A DNA stretch of 44,844 bases from an uncultured Microbacteriaceae bacterium (GCA_964440395.1 CAYTSH010000001.1:1-44844), one strand, 5' to 3'; counted from the stretch's first letter, positions 7,987-16,335 are shown. The notes: a model not told the origin generated them from the sequence alone. Numbers and translations: made by a program.

Positions 7987-10926
7987 TCAGCGCCGCGGTG
8001 ACACCGCGAACCGCACCCCGACGCGGCGCGACCTGGCAAGGATGGCCAGCGCCGGCATCCCGATCATGGAGAGCGTGACGGCGCAGCTCACGGCACGCAC
8101 CGTGTCCCAGGTGGTGGTGGAACTCACCAGGGTGTAGAGGCCGAACCGTGCCGCATTCGCGGTGAGCGGGTCCGCCGGGGCAAACGAAAGCGACGTGCCG
8201 TCACCAACCGAAAGCGGCCAAAACCAGGCGTTCAGCAGCAAACCCAGCAGGTAGGCGGCCACGATGGCGTAACCGAGAAGCCACGCAACCTCCCGCCGCC
8301 CACGCAGCCGGGGGAGCATGGCGGCGCCAGCCCCAACCCACCCCGAAAGGAGCATCTGGAACGGGGTCCACGGCCCAAACCCGCCGGTGATGAGCGTCGA
8401 AGCCGCAACCGTGATCACCCCCAACAGCAGGCCAAAGCGCGCGCCGAACGCCCGCCCACCCAGAATGAGCACCACAAAAACCACCTCCACCCCGGCCACA
8501 CCGGCGGTGAGGATCCGCGTCGCCACACCCACCGCCGCGAGCGTGCCTAACAGTGCCGCCTCGGTGCTGCGGGCGCGCTTCGGTTCGAGCAGCAACACCG
8601 TGCACAGCACGACGGCGGCTGCCACCAACCCGGCAAGCACGGGCGTCACCGCGAGCGCTTCGGGGATCGCCGCGGCAGGAACCCACCCGGCGAGCACCCC
8701 CACGTTCAGGGCGAACGGCCACAGCGCGGCGATGAGCCCGAGTGCGCCGAGCGCACCCAGCGCGCCGTTTCTGGCGAGCGTGCCGTGTTTTGTGAGCGTG
8801 CCGTGTCCTGCGCGCCTGCCGTGCTTGCGGTGCGGCGCCGCGTGCGTAATCGATTGGGGGATGCCCGGCTCGCCGCCCCGCCGCGCCAAACCTTCCAGCG
8901 TGCCCCCTTCCAGCGTGCCCGCGTGCAGCGTGCCCCCTTCCAGCGTGCCGCCTTCCAGCGTGTCCTCGTGCAGCGTGCCCCCTTCCACCCGCACCACTCG
9001 CGTTGCCACGTCGGCTGCGAATGCGTGATCGTGGGTGGCGAGCAGCACGGTGCAGCCCTGCTCGGCCAGGGTGTGGAGTGTCGCGGTGAGTGTGGCGCGG
9101 GCTGGATGCTGCAGCGCAAGAGCCAACTGGAGTTGGGTGCCTGCGGAGAGATCGCCGGGTTCGCACCCCCAATCAATGTCGCGAGGGCCGAGGAGTTCGC
9201 GCAGCAGCTGGGCGGTTCTGCCGCGCGGCAACCCGTGGAGGTGATCGGTGAGTGCACATTCAGTTTCGACCGTGTGGCTGAGAAAGAGTTCTGCCACCTG
9301 TTCGGGAAGATGCGCTCGTGCGCCGGTGACGGTGAACGCCGCCGCGCTGAACCTGAGCGTTGGACGTCGCCAAGCGAATCGCGCTGCGGGATGACGTGCG
9401 CGGTCTGGTGTTTGCGCCGTGAGCTGTGCAGGGCTGTGACTGCCGAGCGCGGTGAGCATCGTCGATTTTCCGGCACCGTTGCCGCCGAGCAGTGCAACAA
9501 TTTCCCCACGCCGAACCCGGAGCGTCACGTCGGTGAGCACAGCTCGATCTTCGGGATGCCCCGGGGCGATTGCGCAAAGTCGCTGAACGTCCATGGTCAC
9601 GCTCGCCTCGCACGTCGCGCTTGCCCGGCTCGTCGCGCTCTCCGCACTTGCCCGGCTCGTCGCGCTCTCAGCGCTTGCCCGGCTCGCCCCGCTCTCAGCG
9701 CTCGCCCCGCTCTCCGCACTCGCCCCGCTCTCCGCGCTCGCCGCAGGCTCCCCAGGTTCCCCCGACTTTTCCTCTGCCGCACCCAGCCGAACCTCGAGCT
9801 CGCAAATCCGGGCCAGTGCCGCATGATCGTGATCTGCGATCAGCATGTGCACACCGCGATTCCGCTCGGCCCGCAACAATTCGCACAACAAGCTCACCGA
9901 TTCTTGATCGAGATGTGCAAATGGTTCATCGAGCAGCAGCACGCCGGGTTCGGTGCTGAGCGCCGCCGCAACGGCGACCCGGGTGGCTTCCCCCGCGGAA
10001 AGGGTGTGCATTGGGCGCTCCAACAGGTGGCTGACCCGCCACCGGCCTGCACACCCAGCCACACTCCGCGCGACTTCAGTCGCGCCCAGTCCCGCGACGG
10101 TGGGAGCGAACCGCAGCTCGTCCCGCACCGTCCCCGTCAGCCAAGCCTGGGTGGCCTGTTGCGGCACATACGAAACCCGAACGGATGCCGCGCTCACCCG
10201 CACCGCAGCCGGCACCCGATCCAGGTGTGCGCTGGTGCCCTCCGGCAACAACCCGGCGAGTTCGCGCAGTAACGTGGTTTTTCCGCACCCAGTCGGGCCA
10301 GTGAGGGCGGTAATGCTTCCTGATTCGCCGGTTCCCGGTTTACCCGAACCGGCGGGGCTGCCGCCAAAACCGCGCATGTGCAGGGCGTCGGCAAGTAGAA
10401 GCGAATGTTCCAGAGCTCGGCCCAGCACGGCGGGCAGCAACCTGAGTTCGTTTTGAAGCCTGCTGAGGGAACGACCCGACAACGGCATCCCCCGAAGCGA
10501 GGCACCATGGCGAACCCGGGCGAGCGCCGAAGCCAGCGCGGGCAGGCTGGTGATCGCGAGTGCAAGCGCGGTTGCGGCCGTTTTGCCCCGACGAAGCCGA
10601 GCTGCGGCGAGCAGTAACGCATCGGGTGCGATGAGCGCTGTGAAGAAACCGAACACGGCGATGCTGACCGCCACCGGGAGTGCGCTCACGAACGCGGCGA
10701 ACAGCCCGGGCAGCGTGACCGGGCCGAGAAGCTGAATTCCCACAAACGGACCACCCAGCGAAATGAGCGGAAGCGGCAGGGTGGCTGCCCCAACGTTCGC
10801 GCCCAGGCCAGCACCGGCAAACAACACGCGATACACCACTCTGGTAAGTATGAACAGCGTGGCCAGGATGAGCCCTGTGCTGAGGGCGAGCTGGTTGCGG
10901 ATGATGCGACCTCGATGCGCGGTCAT
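7987..10926 (-). CDS. Fused ECF-type transporter: EcfT/CbiQ-like membrane domain + two EcfA-like ATPase domains + C-terminal S-component-like membrane domain; the second NBD is degenerate (possible pseudogene)
   Basis: The start is set at the ATG at 10924-10926 (MTAHRGRII…), preceded by AGGAG. The ORF-track extension to 11250 is Pro/Arg-rich and overlaps the divergent gene. The N-terminal TM region ends in an EcfT-like …ALEHSLLLADALHMRGF. NBD1 is complete (GPTGCGKTT, LSAGE, LLLDEPFAHLD, ADHDH). NBD2 has GGNGAGKST, LSAGTQ and ATHDH but no Walker B. The last ~190 aa are multi-TM. Confidence 0.75.
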   Translation of the reverse strand: MTAHRGRIIRNQLALSTGLILATLFILTRVVYRVLFAGAGLGANVGAATLPLPLISLGGPFVGIQLLGPVTLPGLFAAFVSALPVAVSIAVFGFFTALIAPDALLLAAARLRRGKTAATALALAITSLPALASALARVRHGASLRGMPLSGRSLSRLQNELRLLPAVLGRALEHSLLLADALHMRGFGGSPAGSGKPGTGESGSITALTGPTGCGKTTLLRELAGLLPEGTSAHLDRVPAAVRVSAASVRVSYVPQQATQAWLTGTVRDELRFAPTVAGLGATEVARSVAGCAGRWRVSHLLERPMHTLSAGEATRVAVAAALSTEPGVLLLDEPFAHLDQESVSLLCELLRAERNRGVHMLIADHDHAALARICELEVRLGAAEEKSGEPGEPAASAESGASAESGASAESGASRASAESATSRASAESATSRASATCEASVTMDVQRLCAIAPGHPEDRAVLTDVTLRVRRGEIVALLGGNGAGKSTMLTALGSHSPAQLTAQTPDRARHPAARFAWRRPTLRFSAAAFTVTGARAHLPEQVAELFLSHTVETECALTDHLHGLPRGRTAQLLRELLGPRDIDWGCEPGDLSAGTQLQLALALQHPARATLTATLHTLAEQGCTVLLATHDHAFAADVATRVVRVEGGTLHEDTLEGGTLEGGTLHAGTLEGGTLEGLARRGGEPGIPQSITHAAPHRKHGRRAGHGTLTKHGTLARNGALGALGALGLIAALWPFALNVGVLAGWVPAAAIPEALAVTPVLAGLVAAAVVLCTVLLLEPKRARSTEAALLGTLAAVGVATRILTAGVAGVEVVFVVLILGGRAFGARFGLLLGVITVAASTLITGGFGPWTPFQMLLSGWVGAGAAMLPRLRGRREVAWLLGYAIVAAYLLGLLLNAWFWPLSVGDGTSLSFAPADPLTANAARFGLYTLVSSTTTWDTVRAVSCAVTLSMIGMPALAILARSRRVGVRFAVSPRR
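8891..8988. repeat. 15-nt in-frame tandem repeat (CCTTCCAGCGTGCCC)x6.5 inside the ECF fusion gene
   Basis: Read directly. On the minus strand it encodes (E)GGTL pentapeptide repeats (VEGGTLHEDTLEGGTLEGGTLHAGTLEGGTLEGL) at the NBD2/S-domain junction. Confidence 0.9.
9620..9745. repeat. Compound in-frame minisatellite (27-nt unit x3, then 18-nt unit x2+) inside the ECF fusion gene
   Basis: The 27-nt units are at 9620-9646, 9647-9673 and 9674-9700. The 18-nt units are at 9701-9718 and 9719-9736. On the minus strand it encodes SAESGA/SRASAESAT repeats in the NBD1-NBD2 linker. Confidence 0.9.
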
Positions 10927-11095
10927 GTGTCTCCTGAATAGCGGTGGGACTAGCCAGATCTCAGTGTACTCAGCTTGCTTGCCGGCATGTTGCGTTGCCC
11001 GCTGGCACGCGTAACATACCCAGCTCCTGCTACAGTTGCACCATCCATACAGTGCTCTGGGGTAGCGCACTGCATACGCATTCCTAGAGGAAACC

Positions 11096-12340
11096 ATGAA
11101 GCTTCGTTCTCGCCGCCGTTCCATCCGCACCCGTCGTCGTTCCGTTACCGGGGAGCCATCGCGGGCCGGTGCGGCGATTGGTGCGGCGATTGGTGCAGCG
11201 GGGGGCGAGCCGGTCGCGGGGGAGGGCAGCCCGGTCTCGGGGGTGGGCAACTCGGTCGCTCTGCACTCGCTTCCCGATCAGCCACGGCCGCCGCTAGTGC
11301 ATCGGTCACCATTCTCGTTTGGGTTTTTAGTGACACTTGGTGGGTTGCTTGCCCTCGGGGTGGTGCTGGCGCTCGGGCAGGTGACGAGCATTATTCTCTA
11401 CATTGTTACCGCCCTGTTCATTGCGCTCGGCCTTGATCCGATCGTGCGGCGCCTTGAGCGTCGACGGGTCAATCGTGCCGGGGCGATCGCTATTGTGTTT
11501 GGCACATTTCTGCTGCTGGTGAGCGCCCTGTTGGCCGTACTCACCCCGGTCGTTGTGCAGCAGGTGCAGGAGTTTGTGAAGGTTGCTCCGGGCAGTCTGC
11601 AGCGACTTGCGGAACAGGACTGGATGATTTCGCTGAACGAACAGCTGGGCGGAGCGATTGATCTCACCCGGGCCGCCGAGCAAGTCGGCGCGTTTTTGAC
11701 CGACCCCGCCCATCTCACCATGCTGGCGGGTGGGCTTGTGCAGGCCGGTGTCGGCATTGCAAATGGGCTCACCGGGGCGATGATTGTGTTGATCTTGAGC
11801 CTGTATTTTCTTGCGTCCCTGCCAGCAATGAAGCAGGGGCTGTATTCACTCGCGCCGAGGAGCGCCCGCGTCACAACGACCAGCATCACGGAGCAGATTA
11901 CCCAATCAATTGGGGGATACGTGAACGGTATGGTGTTGCTGGCATTCCTCAACGCTGCACTCGGGTGGGCTGCAATGAGCCTCATCGGTGTGCCGTTTGC
12001 GGGTATATTGGCGCTTGTCGTGTTCTTCCTCGCCATGATTCCGCTCATTGGTTCGGTGCTCGCGGCGGGCGTGGTGACTTTCGTTGCACTGTTTGATGGT
12101 CCAAGCACTGCACTATGGATTGGACTGTACTACCTCATCTACTTACAAATTGAGGCTTATCTGTTCACCCCGAAGGTGATGAACAAGGTCGTTTCGGTTC
12201 CCGGGTCACTCGTGGTGATCGGCGCGCTTGCCGGCGGGACGCTCCTGGGGCTACTTGGGGCGCTCATCGCCATTCCGGTCACAGCAGCCCTGCTGATGAT
12301 TGTGCAGCAGGTGCTCGTGCCGGCGCAGGAGAAACGCTAG
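11096..12340 (+). CDS. AI-2E family transporter (PerM/YhhT-like, UPF0118)
   Basis: 414 aa. GAGGAA sits 5 nt upstream of the ATG. A disordered basic/Gly-Ala N-terminus is followed by 7-8 TM helices with a typical AI-2E layout (…LFIALGLDPIVRRLERRRVNRAGAIAIVF…, …LIGSVLAAGVVTFVAL…). Confidence 0.85.
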   Translation: MKLRSRRRSIRTRRRSVTGEPSRAGAAIGAAIGAAGGEPVAGEGSPVSGVGNSVALHSLPDQPRPPLVHRSPFSFGFLVTLGGLLALGVVLALGQVTSIILYIVTALFIALGLDPIVRRLERRRVNRAGAIAIVFGTFLLLVSALLAVLTPVVVQQVQEFVKVAPGSLQRLAEQDWMISLNEQLGGAIDLTRAAEQVGAFLTDPAHLTMLAGGLVQAGVGIANGLTGAMIVLILSLYFLASLPAMKQGLYSLAPRSARVTTTSITEQITQSIGGYVNGMVLLAFLNAALGWAAMSLIGVPFAGILALVVFFLAMIPLIGSVLAAGVVTFVALFDGPSTALWIGLYYLIYLQIEAYLFTPKVMNKVVSVPGSLVVIGALAGGTLLGLLGALIAIPVTAALLMIVQQVLVPAQEKR

Positions 12341-12351
12341 CCGCGCAGTTC

Positions 12352-12378
12352 CGGGCGCTTTGTGCTGAGCGCCGTTTT
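12352..12378 (+). terminator. Candidate intrinsic terminator after the AI-2E gene
   Basis: CGGGCGCT-ttgtgctg-AGCGCCG followed by TTTT, 12 nt after the TAG stop. Confidence 0.45.
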
Positions 12379-12650
12379 CGTGCGCCCTAACCTGAACCCC
12401 GCGCCGCCGCGCCGTAACCCGCGCCGCCGTGGGCTGCGTCGCGGCTCGTATGCCCGTCCTCGTATGTCGCATACCGAATGCAGTATGTTACGGGCGCTCT
12501 TCGAGCGCCTGACGCGTTGTGCGGCGCGCCCATTCGGCAAAAAAGCACGTTTAGCATCCGTGCACAAGGAATATTCTGCCGAATGGGTGGCGCCGCCCTG
12601 CTCAGTGTTGCCACCGGCCGTGATCACCTCTGCCGCCCGCGGCACCCGAG

Positions 12651-12704
12651 GGGTGAGCGTGAATGTGTCGGGTTGGCGCAGGACTCACGCATTTGCGCTC
12701 ACCC
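12651..12704 (+). repeat. Hairpin element copy 1 (17-bp stem, 20-nt loop) in the pyrG upstream region
   Basis: GGGTGAGCGTGAATGTG (12651-12667) pairs with 12688-12704. All three non-Watson-Crick positions are G-U when read as + strand RNA. Confidence 0.7.
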
Positions 12705-12723
12705 GCCGCCCTCGGCACCTGAG

Positions 12724-12777
12724 GGGTGAGCGCGAATGTGCCTGGAGCGTCCGAAAAACACGCAATTGCGCTCACCC
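12724..12777 (+). repeat. Hairpin element copy 2, 73 nt downstream of copy 1
   Basis: GGGTGAGCGCGAATGTG (12724-12740) pairs with 12761-12777. The arms are conserved with copy 1 and the loop is different. One T-to-C change converts a G-U pair into a C-G pair. There is one A-A mismatch. Confidence 0.7.
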
Positions 12778-12859
12778 CGCACCGGGCACAGCAGGCACCT
12801 CGCACCGGGCACAACAGGCACCCCGCACCAGGCACAGCAGGCACCCCGCACCAGGCACG
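12778..12859. repeat. 23-nt tandem repeat x3.5 (CGCACCGGGCACAGCAGGCACCY)
   Basis: Units are at 12778-12800, 12801-12823 and 12824-12846, with a partial unit at 12847-12859. The array directly abuts hairpin copy 2. Confidence 0.85.
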
Positions 12860-12903
12860 ATTTTCTGAACAGAACCCGCGAAGACCTGATAGGCTTAAAG
12901 CCC

Positions 12904-14589
12904 GTGGAAGACATTAACGCACCCGGCCAGCACAACTCCGTTACCAAACACATTTTTGTGACTGGCGGTGTTGTTTCATCTCTCGGCAAAGGCCTTACGG
13001 CAGCTAGCCTTGGCAATCTCCTCACCGCGCGTGGTCTTCGCGTTGTGATGCAGAAGCTTGACCCGTATTTGAATGTCGATCCGGGCACGATGAATCCTTT
13101 CCAGCATGGCGAGGTCTTCATTACGGATGACGGCTGCGAGGCCGATTTGGATATTGGTCATTATGAGCGGTTTCTTGGCGTGAATCTTGACCGGGCGGCG
13201 AATGTGACGACGGGTCAGATTTATTCGACGGTGATCGCGAAGGAGCGTCGCGGCGAATACCTGGGTGACACCGTTCAGGTTATTCCGCACATTACCGATG
13301 AAATCAAGCACCGCATGCGGGCTCAGGCGGCTTTGACGCCGCGGCCTGACGTGATCATTACGGAGGTGGGGGGCACTGTCGGCGATATTGAGTCGCAGCC
13401 GTTCCTGGAGTCGGCCCGGCAGCTGCGGCATGAGCTTGGTCGCAGTAACGTGTTTTTCGTGCACGTCTCGCTTGTTCCGTTCATGGGTGCGTCTGGCGAG
13501 CAGAAGACGAAACCAACGCAGCATTCTGTTGCGGCACTTCGTTCGATTGGCATTCAGCCGGACGCGATTGTGTTGCGCAGTGATCGCCCGGTCACTGATG
13601 CGAATAAGCGCAAGATTGCGCTGATGTGCGATGTTGATGCTGATGCTGTGGTGAACGCCATTGATGTGCCGAGCATTTATGACATTCCTTCTATGCTGCA
13701 CGAGCAGGGGCTGGACACGTACATTGTTGGGCAGTTGGGGCTTGCCGCAAGCCCGGTCGATTGGAGTGGCTGGCAGCCAGTGTTGGATGCCGTGCATAAC
13801 CCGAAGCATGAGGTCACCATCGCGCTGGTTGGCAAATACATTGACCTGCCCGACGCATACCTTTCGGTCACCGAGGCGTTGAAGGCTGGTGGGTTTGCGC
13901 ACGGTGCGAAGGTCGTTATTCGCTGGGTTGCTTCTGATGATTGTTTGACCCCGGAGGGTGCAGCCCAGGCGCTTGCCGATGTTGATGCGGTGTGTGTGCC
14001 GGGTGGGTTCGGTGTTCGCGGTATTGAGGGAAAGCTAGCCGCGCTGACTTTTACCCGCACGAACAGCATCCCAACTCTCGGGTTGTGTCTCGGGTTGCAA
14101 TGCATGGTCATCGAATACGCGCGGAATATGGCGGACTTGCCCGAAGCATCCTCGTTGGAGTTTGATGAGCACAGTAGCGTTCCGGTGATTGTGACCATGG
14201 AAGATCAGGTCAGTATTTTGAACGGTGGCAACCTGGGCGGCACTATGCGGCTCGGGTTGTATCCTGCGGAGCTGGCCCCGGAGAGTTTGGTTGCCGAACT
14301 GTATGGCACTCAGCACGTGCAGGAGCGGCATCGTCACCGTTACGAGGTCAGCAACGTGTACCGGCAGCAGATCGCCGATGCCGGGTTGGTGTTTTCGGGA
14401 CTGAGTCCGGATGCTGAGCTGGTGGAGTTTGTTGAGTTGCCGCGGGAGGTGCACCCGTTCTATGTTGCAACGCAGGCGCACCCGGAGCTGCGCTCGCGTC
14501 CCGGCACGCCGCACCCGCTGTTTGCGGGTCTGGTTGCGGCGGCGTTGCAACGCCAAGAGGCAACTCGCCTGTTTGAGGTTCAGCAGTAG
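12904..14589 (+). CDS. pyrG: CTP synthase
   Basis: The conserved N-terminus [24 protein letters not shown] and the GATase domain (…[14 protein letters not shown]…, …HRHRYEV…) are present. I placed the start at the in-frame GTG at 12904, because the ORF-track ATG at 12736 lies inside hairpin copy 2 and the repeat array. The exact start is uncertain. Confidence 0.93.
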   Translation: MEDINAPGQHNSVTKHIFVTGGVVSSLGKGLTAASLGNLLTARGLRVVMQKLDPYLNVDPGTMNPFQHGEVFITDDGCEADLDIGHYERFLGVNLDRAANVTTGQIYSTVIAKERRGEYLGDTVQVIPHITDEIKHRMRAQAALTPRPDVIITEVGGTVGDIESQPFLESARQLRHELGRSNVFFVHVSLVPFMGASGEQKTKPTQHSVAALRSIGIQPDAIVLRSDRPVTDANKRKIALMCDVDADAVVNAIDVPSIYDIPSMLHEQGLDTYIVGQLGLAASPVDWSGWQPVLDAVHNPKHEVTIALVGKYIDLPDAYLSVTEALKAGGFAHGAKVVIRWVASDDCLTPEGAAQALADVDAVCVPGGFGVRGIEGKLAALTFTRTNSIPTLGLCLGLQCMVIEYARNMADLPEASSLEFDEHSSVPVIVTMEDQVSILNGGNLGGTMRLGLYPAELAPESLVAELYGTQHVQERHRHRYEVSNVYRQQIADAGLVFSGLSPDAELVEFVELPREVHPFYVATQAHPELRSRPGTPHPLFAGLVAAALQRQEATRLFEVQQ

Positions 14590-14620
14590 CCGTTGTGGTT
14601 TTTCGCCGCGGTAATCGAGA

Positions 14621-15367
14621 GTGAGGGTGCAGATGCATGTGAGTGACAGCCGGGCGGAGCAGCCGATTCAACGTCGTGAGACGGTTTTTTCGGGGGCGAT
14701 TTGGAATGTGACCCGCGATACCTTCGCTTTTACGGGTGCTGGTGCCGGTGCCGCTGCTGATGCTGCGGGTGCGGCAGCCGACCCGGTCGACCCGGTGGTG
14801 CTCCGCAGGGAGTATGTGCAGCATCCTGGAGCGGTCTCGGTGTTGGTGCTGGATGATGCGGACCGCGTGTTATTGATTAAGCAGTACCGTCACCCGGTTG
14901 GCGCGCTGGACTGGGAGATTCCGGCCGGATTGTTGGATGTGGCGGGTGAGTCGGCGCTGGATGCCGCGAAACGCGAACTTGCCGAGGAAGTTGACCTGGT
15001 GGCGAGTGAGTGGGCGGTGCTCGCAGAAACGTACACGAGCCCCGGTGGGAGCAGCGAAACGATTCGCGTGTTTTTGGCTCGTGGCGTGAGCGAGGCGCCA
15101 GCGTTCGCCCGCACCGGGGAGGAAGCCACGATGGTGAAAGCCTGGGTTCCGCTGGAGGATGCGGTTACGGCAGTGTTGGAACGCCGAGTGCAAAACGGGG
15201 TCTTGTGCAGCGCGCTGTTGGCCGCTTACGTGGCAAAACAGCGTGGATTCAGCACTCTTGGCGACTCGAATGAGCCGTGGGTGCGGCGGGAGTGGCTGCC
15301 CGGAGCGCAACCGGATGCGCAACCGGATGCGCACCCGGATGCGCACGGGGGTGCCGAGTCGAGGTGA
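14621..15367 (+). CDS. Nudix hydrolase (ADP-ribose pyrophosphatase-like)
   Basis: Nudix box: GLLDVAGESALDAAKRELAEEVDL. It sits in the conserved pyrG-nudix-xerD position. The start may instead be the ATG at 14633 (GAGGG upstream). The C-terminal tail is built from a 12-nt repeat. Confidence 0.85.
   Translation: MRVQMHVSDSRAEQPIQRRETVFSGAIWNVTRDTFAFTGAGAGAAADAAGAAADPVDPVVLRREYVQHPGAVSVLVLDDADRVLLIKQYRHPVGALDWEIPAGLLDVAGESALDAAKRELAEEVDLVASEWAVLAETYTSPGGSSETIRVFLARGVSEAPAFARTGEEATMVKAWVPLEDAVTAVLERRVQNGVLCSALLAAYVAKQRGFSTLGDSNEPWVRREWLPGAQPDAQPDAHPDAHGGAESR
15305..15346. repeat. 12-nt in-frame tandem repeat x3.5 (GCGCAACCGGAT), encoding AQPD/AHPD
   Basis: Read directly at the 3' end of the Nudix gene. 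Confidence 0.85.
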
Positions 15368-16335
15368 ACGCCGGCCCCGGGGGTGTGTTTGCGGAATTGT
15401 GTGAGCAGTTTTTGCGTGTGCAATCACTGGAGCGGGCCAGGTCGGTGCACACGATTGCCGCCTATCGCCGTGACCTCGCACACTACGCGGAGTGGCTGCG
15501 TGGGCGGGGGGTGCATGAGGCTGGCGCCGTTTCGGAGGGGCTTGTCGCAGACTACCTCGAGCACCTGACCCGTGAACAAGGCTATAGCGCGGCAAGCGCG
15601 GCGAGGATGCTTTCGACGGTGCGGGGTTTGCACCGTTTTCTTGCCGCGGAGGGGCTATTGGCGGCGAATGTGGCGGCGGATGTTTCCGCACCGAAGCTTG
15701 CCATGAGGCTGCCGAAGGCGCTCAGCATTGATGAGGTCACACAGCTGCTTTCGGCCGCTCATCGACAAGCAGAGGGGGAACTTTCGCCGGATGAGCGTTT
15801 GGTGGCGCTTCGTGACGTTGCGCTGTTGGAACTGTTGTACGCTACGGGTGCCCGAGTGTCTGAATTGACCGCGCTCACGGTGGATGACGTGCAGGCGCAG
15901 TCGTGGAGTGCTGGGGAACACCCGGTGCGGTTGGTTCGTGTGCGGGGAAAGGGGCAGAAACAGCGCCTGGTTCCATTTGGTAGCTATGCGCAGGATGCTT
16001 TGGATGCGTATTGCGTTCGCGCCCGTCCCAGCTTGGCGGTTCGGGGGAGCAACTCGGGGGCGTTGTTTTTGGGGGCTCGTGGCGCGCCGCTGAGCCGGCA
16101 GAGTGTGTGGGCAATTTTGCGAGCCGCCGGGCAGCGGGCCGAGCTTGCGGTGGACATTTCGCCGCACACCTTGCGGCATTCGTTTGCCACGCATCTGTTG
16201 CAGGGGGGCGCGGATGTGCGGACGGTGCAGGAATTGCTGGGCCATGCGTCGGTGACGACGACGCAGTTGTATACGAAGGTGAGTGCTGACGCGCTGCGCG
16301 ATATGTATTTCACTGCGCACCCCAGGGCGCGCTAA
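15364..16335 (+). CDS. xerD: Site-specific tyrosine recombinase XerD
   Basis: The N-terminal SAM-like domain (FLRVQSLERARSVHTIAAYRRDLAHY) is present. Catalytic region: …ATGARVSEL…, HTLRHSFATHLL, LLGHASVTTTQLYT. The start is set at the GTG at 15364, forming a GTGA overlap with the Nudix stop. The ORF-track extension (15277) reads through the AQPD repeat in another frame. Confidence 0.9.
   Translation: MNAGPGGVFAELCEQFLRVQSLERARSVHTIAAYRRDLAHYAEWLRGRGVHEAGAVSEGLVADYLEHLTREQGYSAASAARMLSTVRGLHRFLAAEGLLAANVAADVSAPKLAMRLPKALSIDEVTQLLSAAHRQAEGELSPDERLVALRDVALLELLYATGARVSELTALTVDDVQAQSWSAGEHPVRLVRVRGKGQKQRLVPFGSYAQDALDAYCVRARPSLAVRGSNSGALFLGARGAPLSRQSVWAILRAAGQRAELAVDISPHTLRHSFATHLLQGGADVRTVQELLGHASVTTTQLYTKVSADALRDMYFTAHPRAR

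Noticed and set aside
10927-11095. Possible cobalamin riboswitch in the leader of the ECF gene (a GCAACTGTA-like stretch; metH is the neighbour).
   Set aside because: I could not find a B12 box (AGCCAGGAGACCTGCC-like) or the conserved GGGAA / GGTGAAA core elements. The resemblance is limited to a few nucleotides. Only a covariance-model scan could settle it.
10927-11250. N-terminal extension of the ECF fusion ORF (the ORF track starts at 11250).
   Set aside because: The extension is Pro/Arg-rich, overlaps the divergent AI-2E gene start and its RBS, and reads its Gly-Ala repeat in reverse. An internal ATG at 10926 with an AGGAG SD begins exactly at the first TM helix.
12778-12859. Considered whether the 23-nt array (and the 24-nt array at 39413-39520) could be a degenerate CRISPR array.
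   Set aside because: The units are directly abutting with no spacers, are shorter than CRISPR repeats, and no cas genes are present.
12362-12868. 168-aa + strand ORF in the pyrG upstream region, and the pyrG ORF-track start at 12736.
   Set aside because: The translation is Arg/Pro/Ala-rich low complexity generated by the hairpin and 23-nt repeats. The ATG at 12736 lies inside hairpin copy 2. The conserved CTP synthase sequence only starts near 12930.
15277-15363. Upstream extension of xerD overlapping the Nudix 3' end.
   Set aside because: The extension is the AQPD repeat read in another frame (ATGCATGCAPGCARGC). The GTG at 15364 gives a canonical GTGA-coupled start and a normal XerD N-terminus.
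15364-16335. Whether the tyrosine recombinase marks a prophage or integrative element.
   Set aside because: It sits in the conserved pyrG-nudix-xerD housekeeping context. It has XerD-like N- and C-terminal motifs. I see no flanking att-like repeats, tRNA or phage genes.
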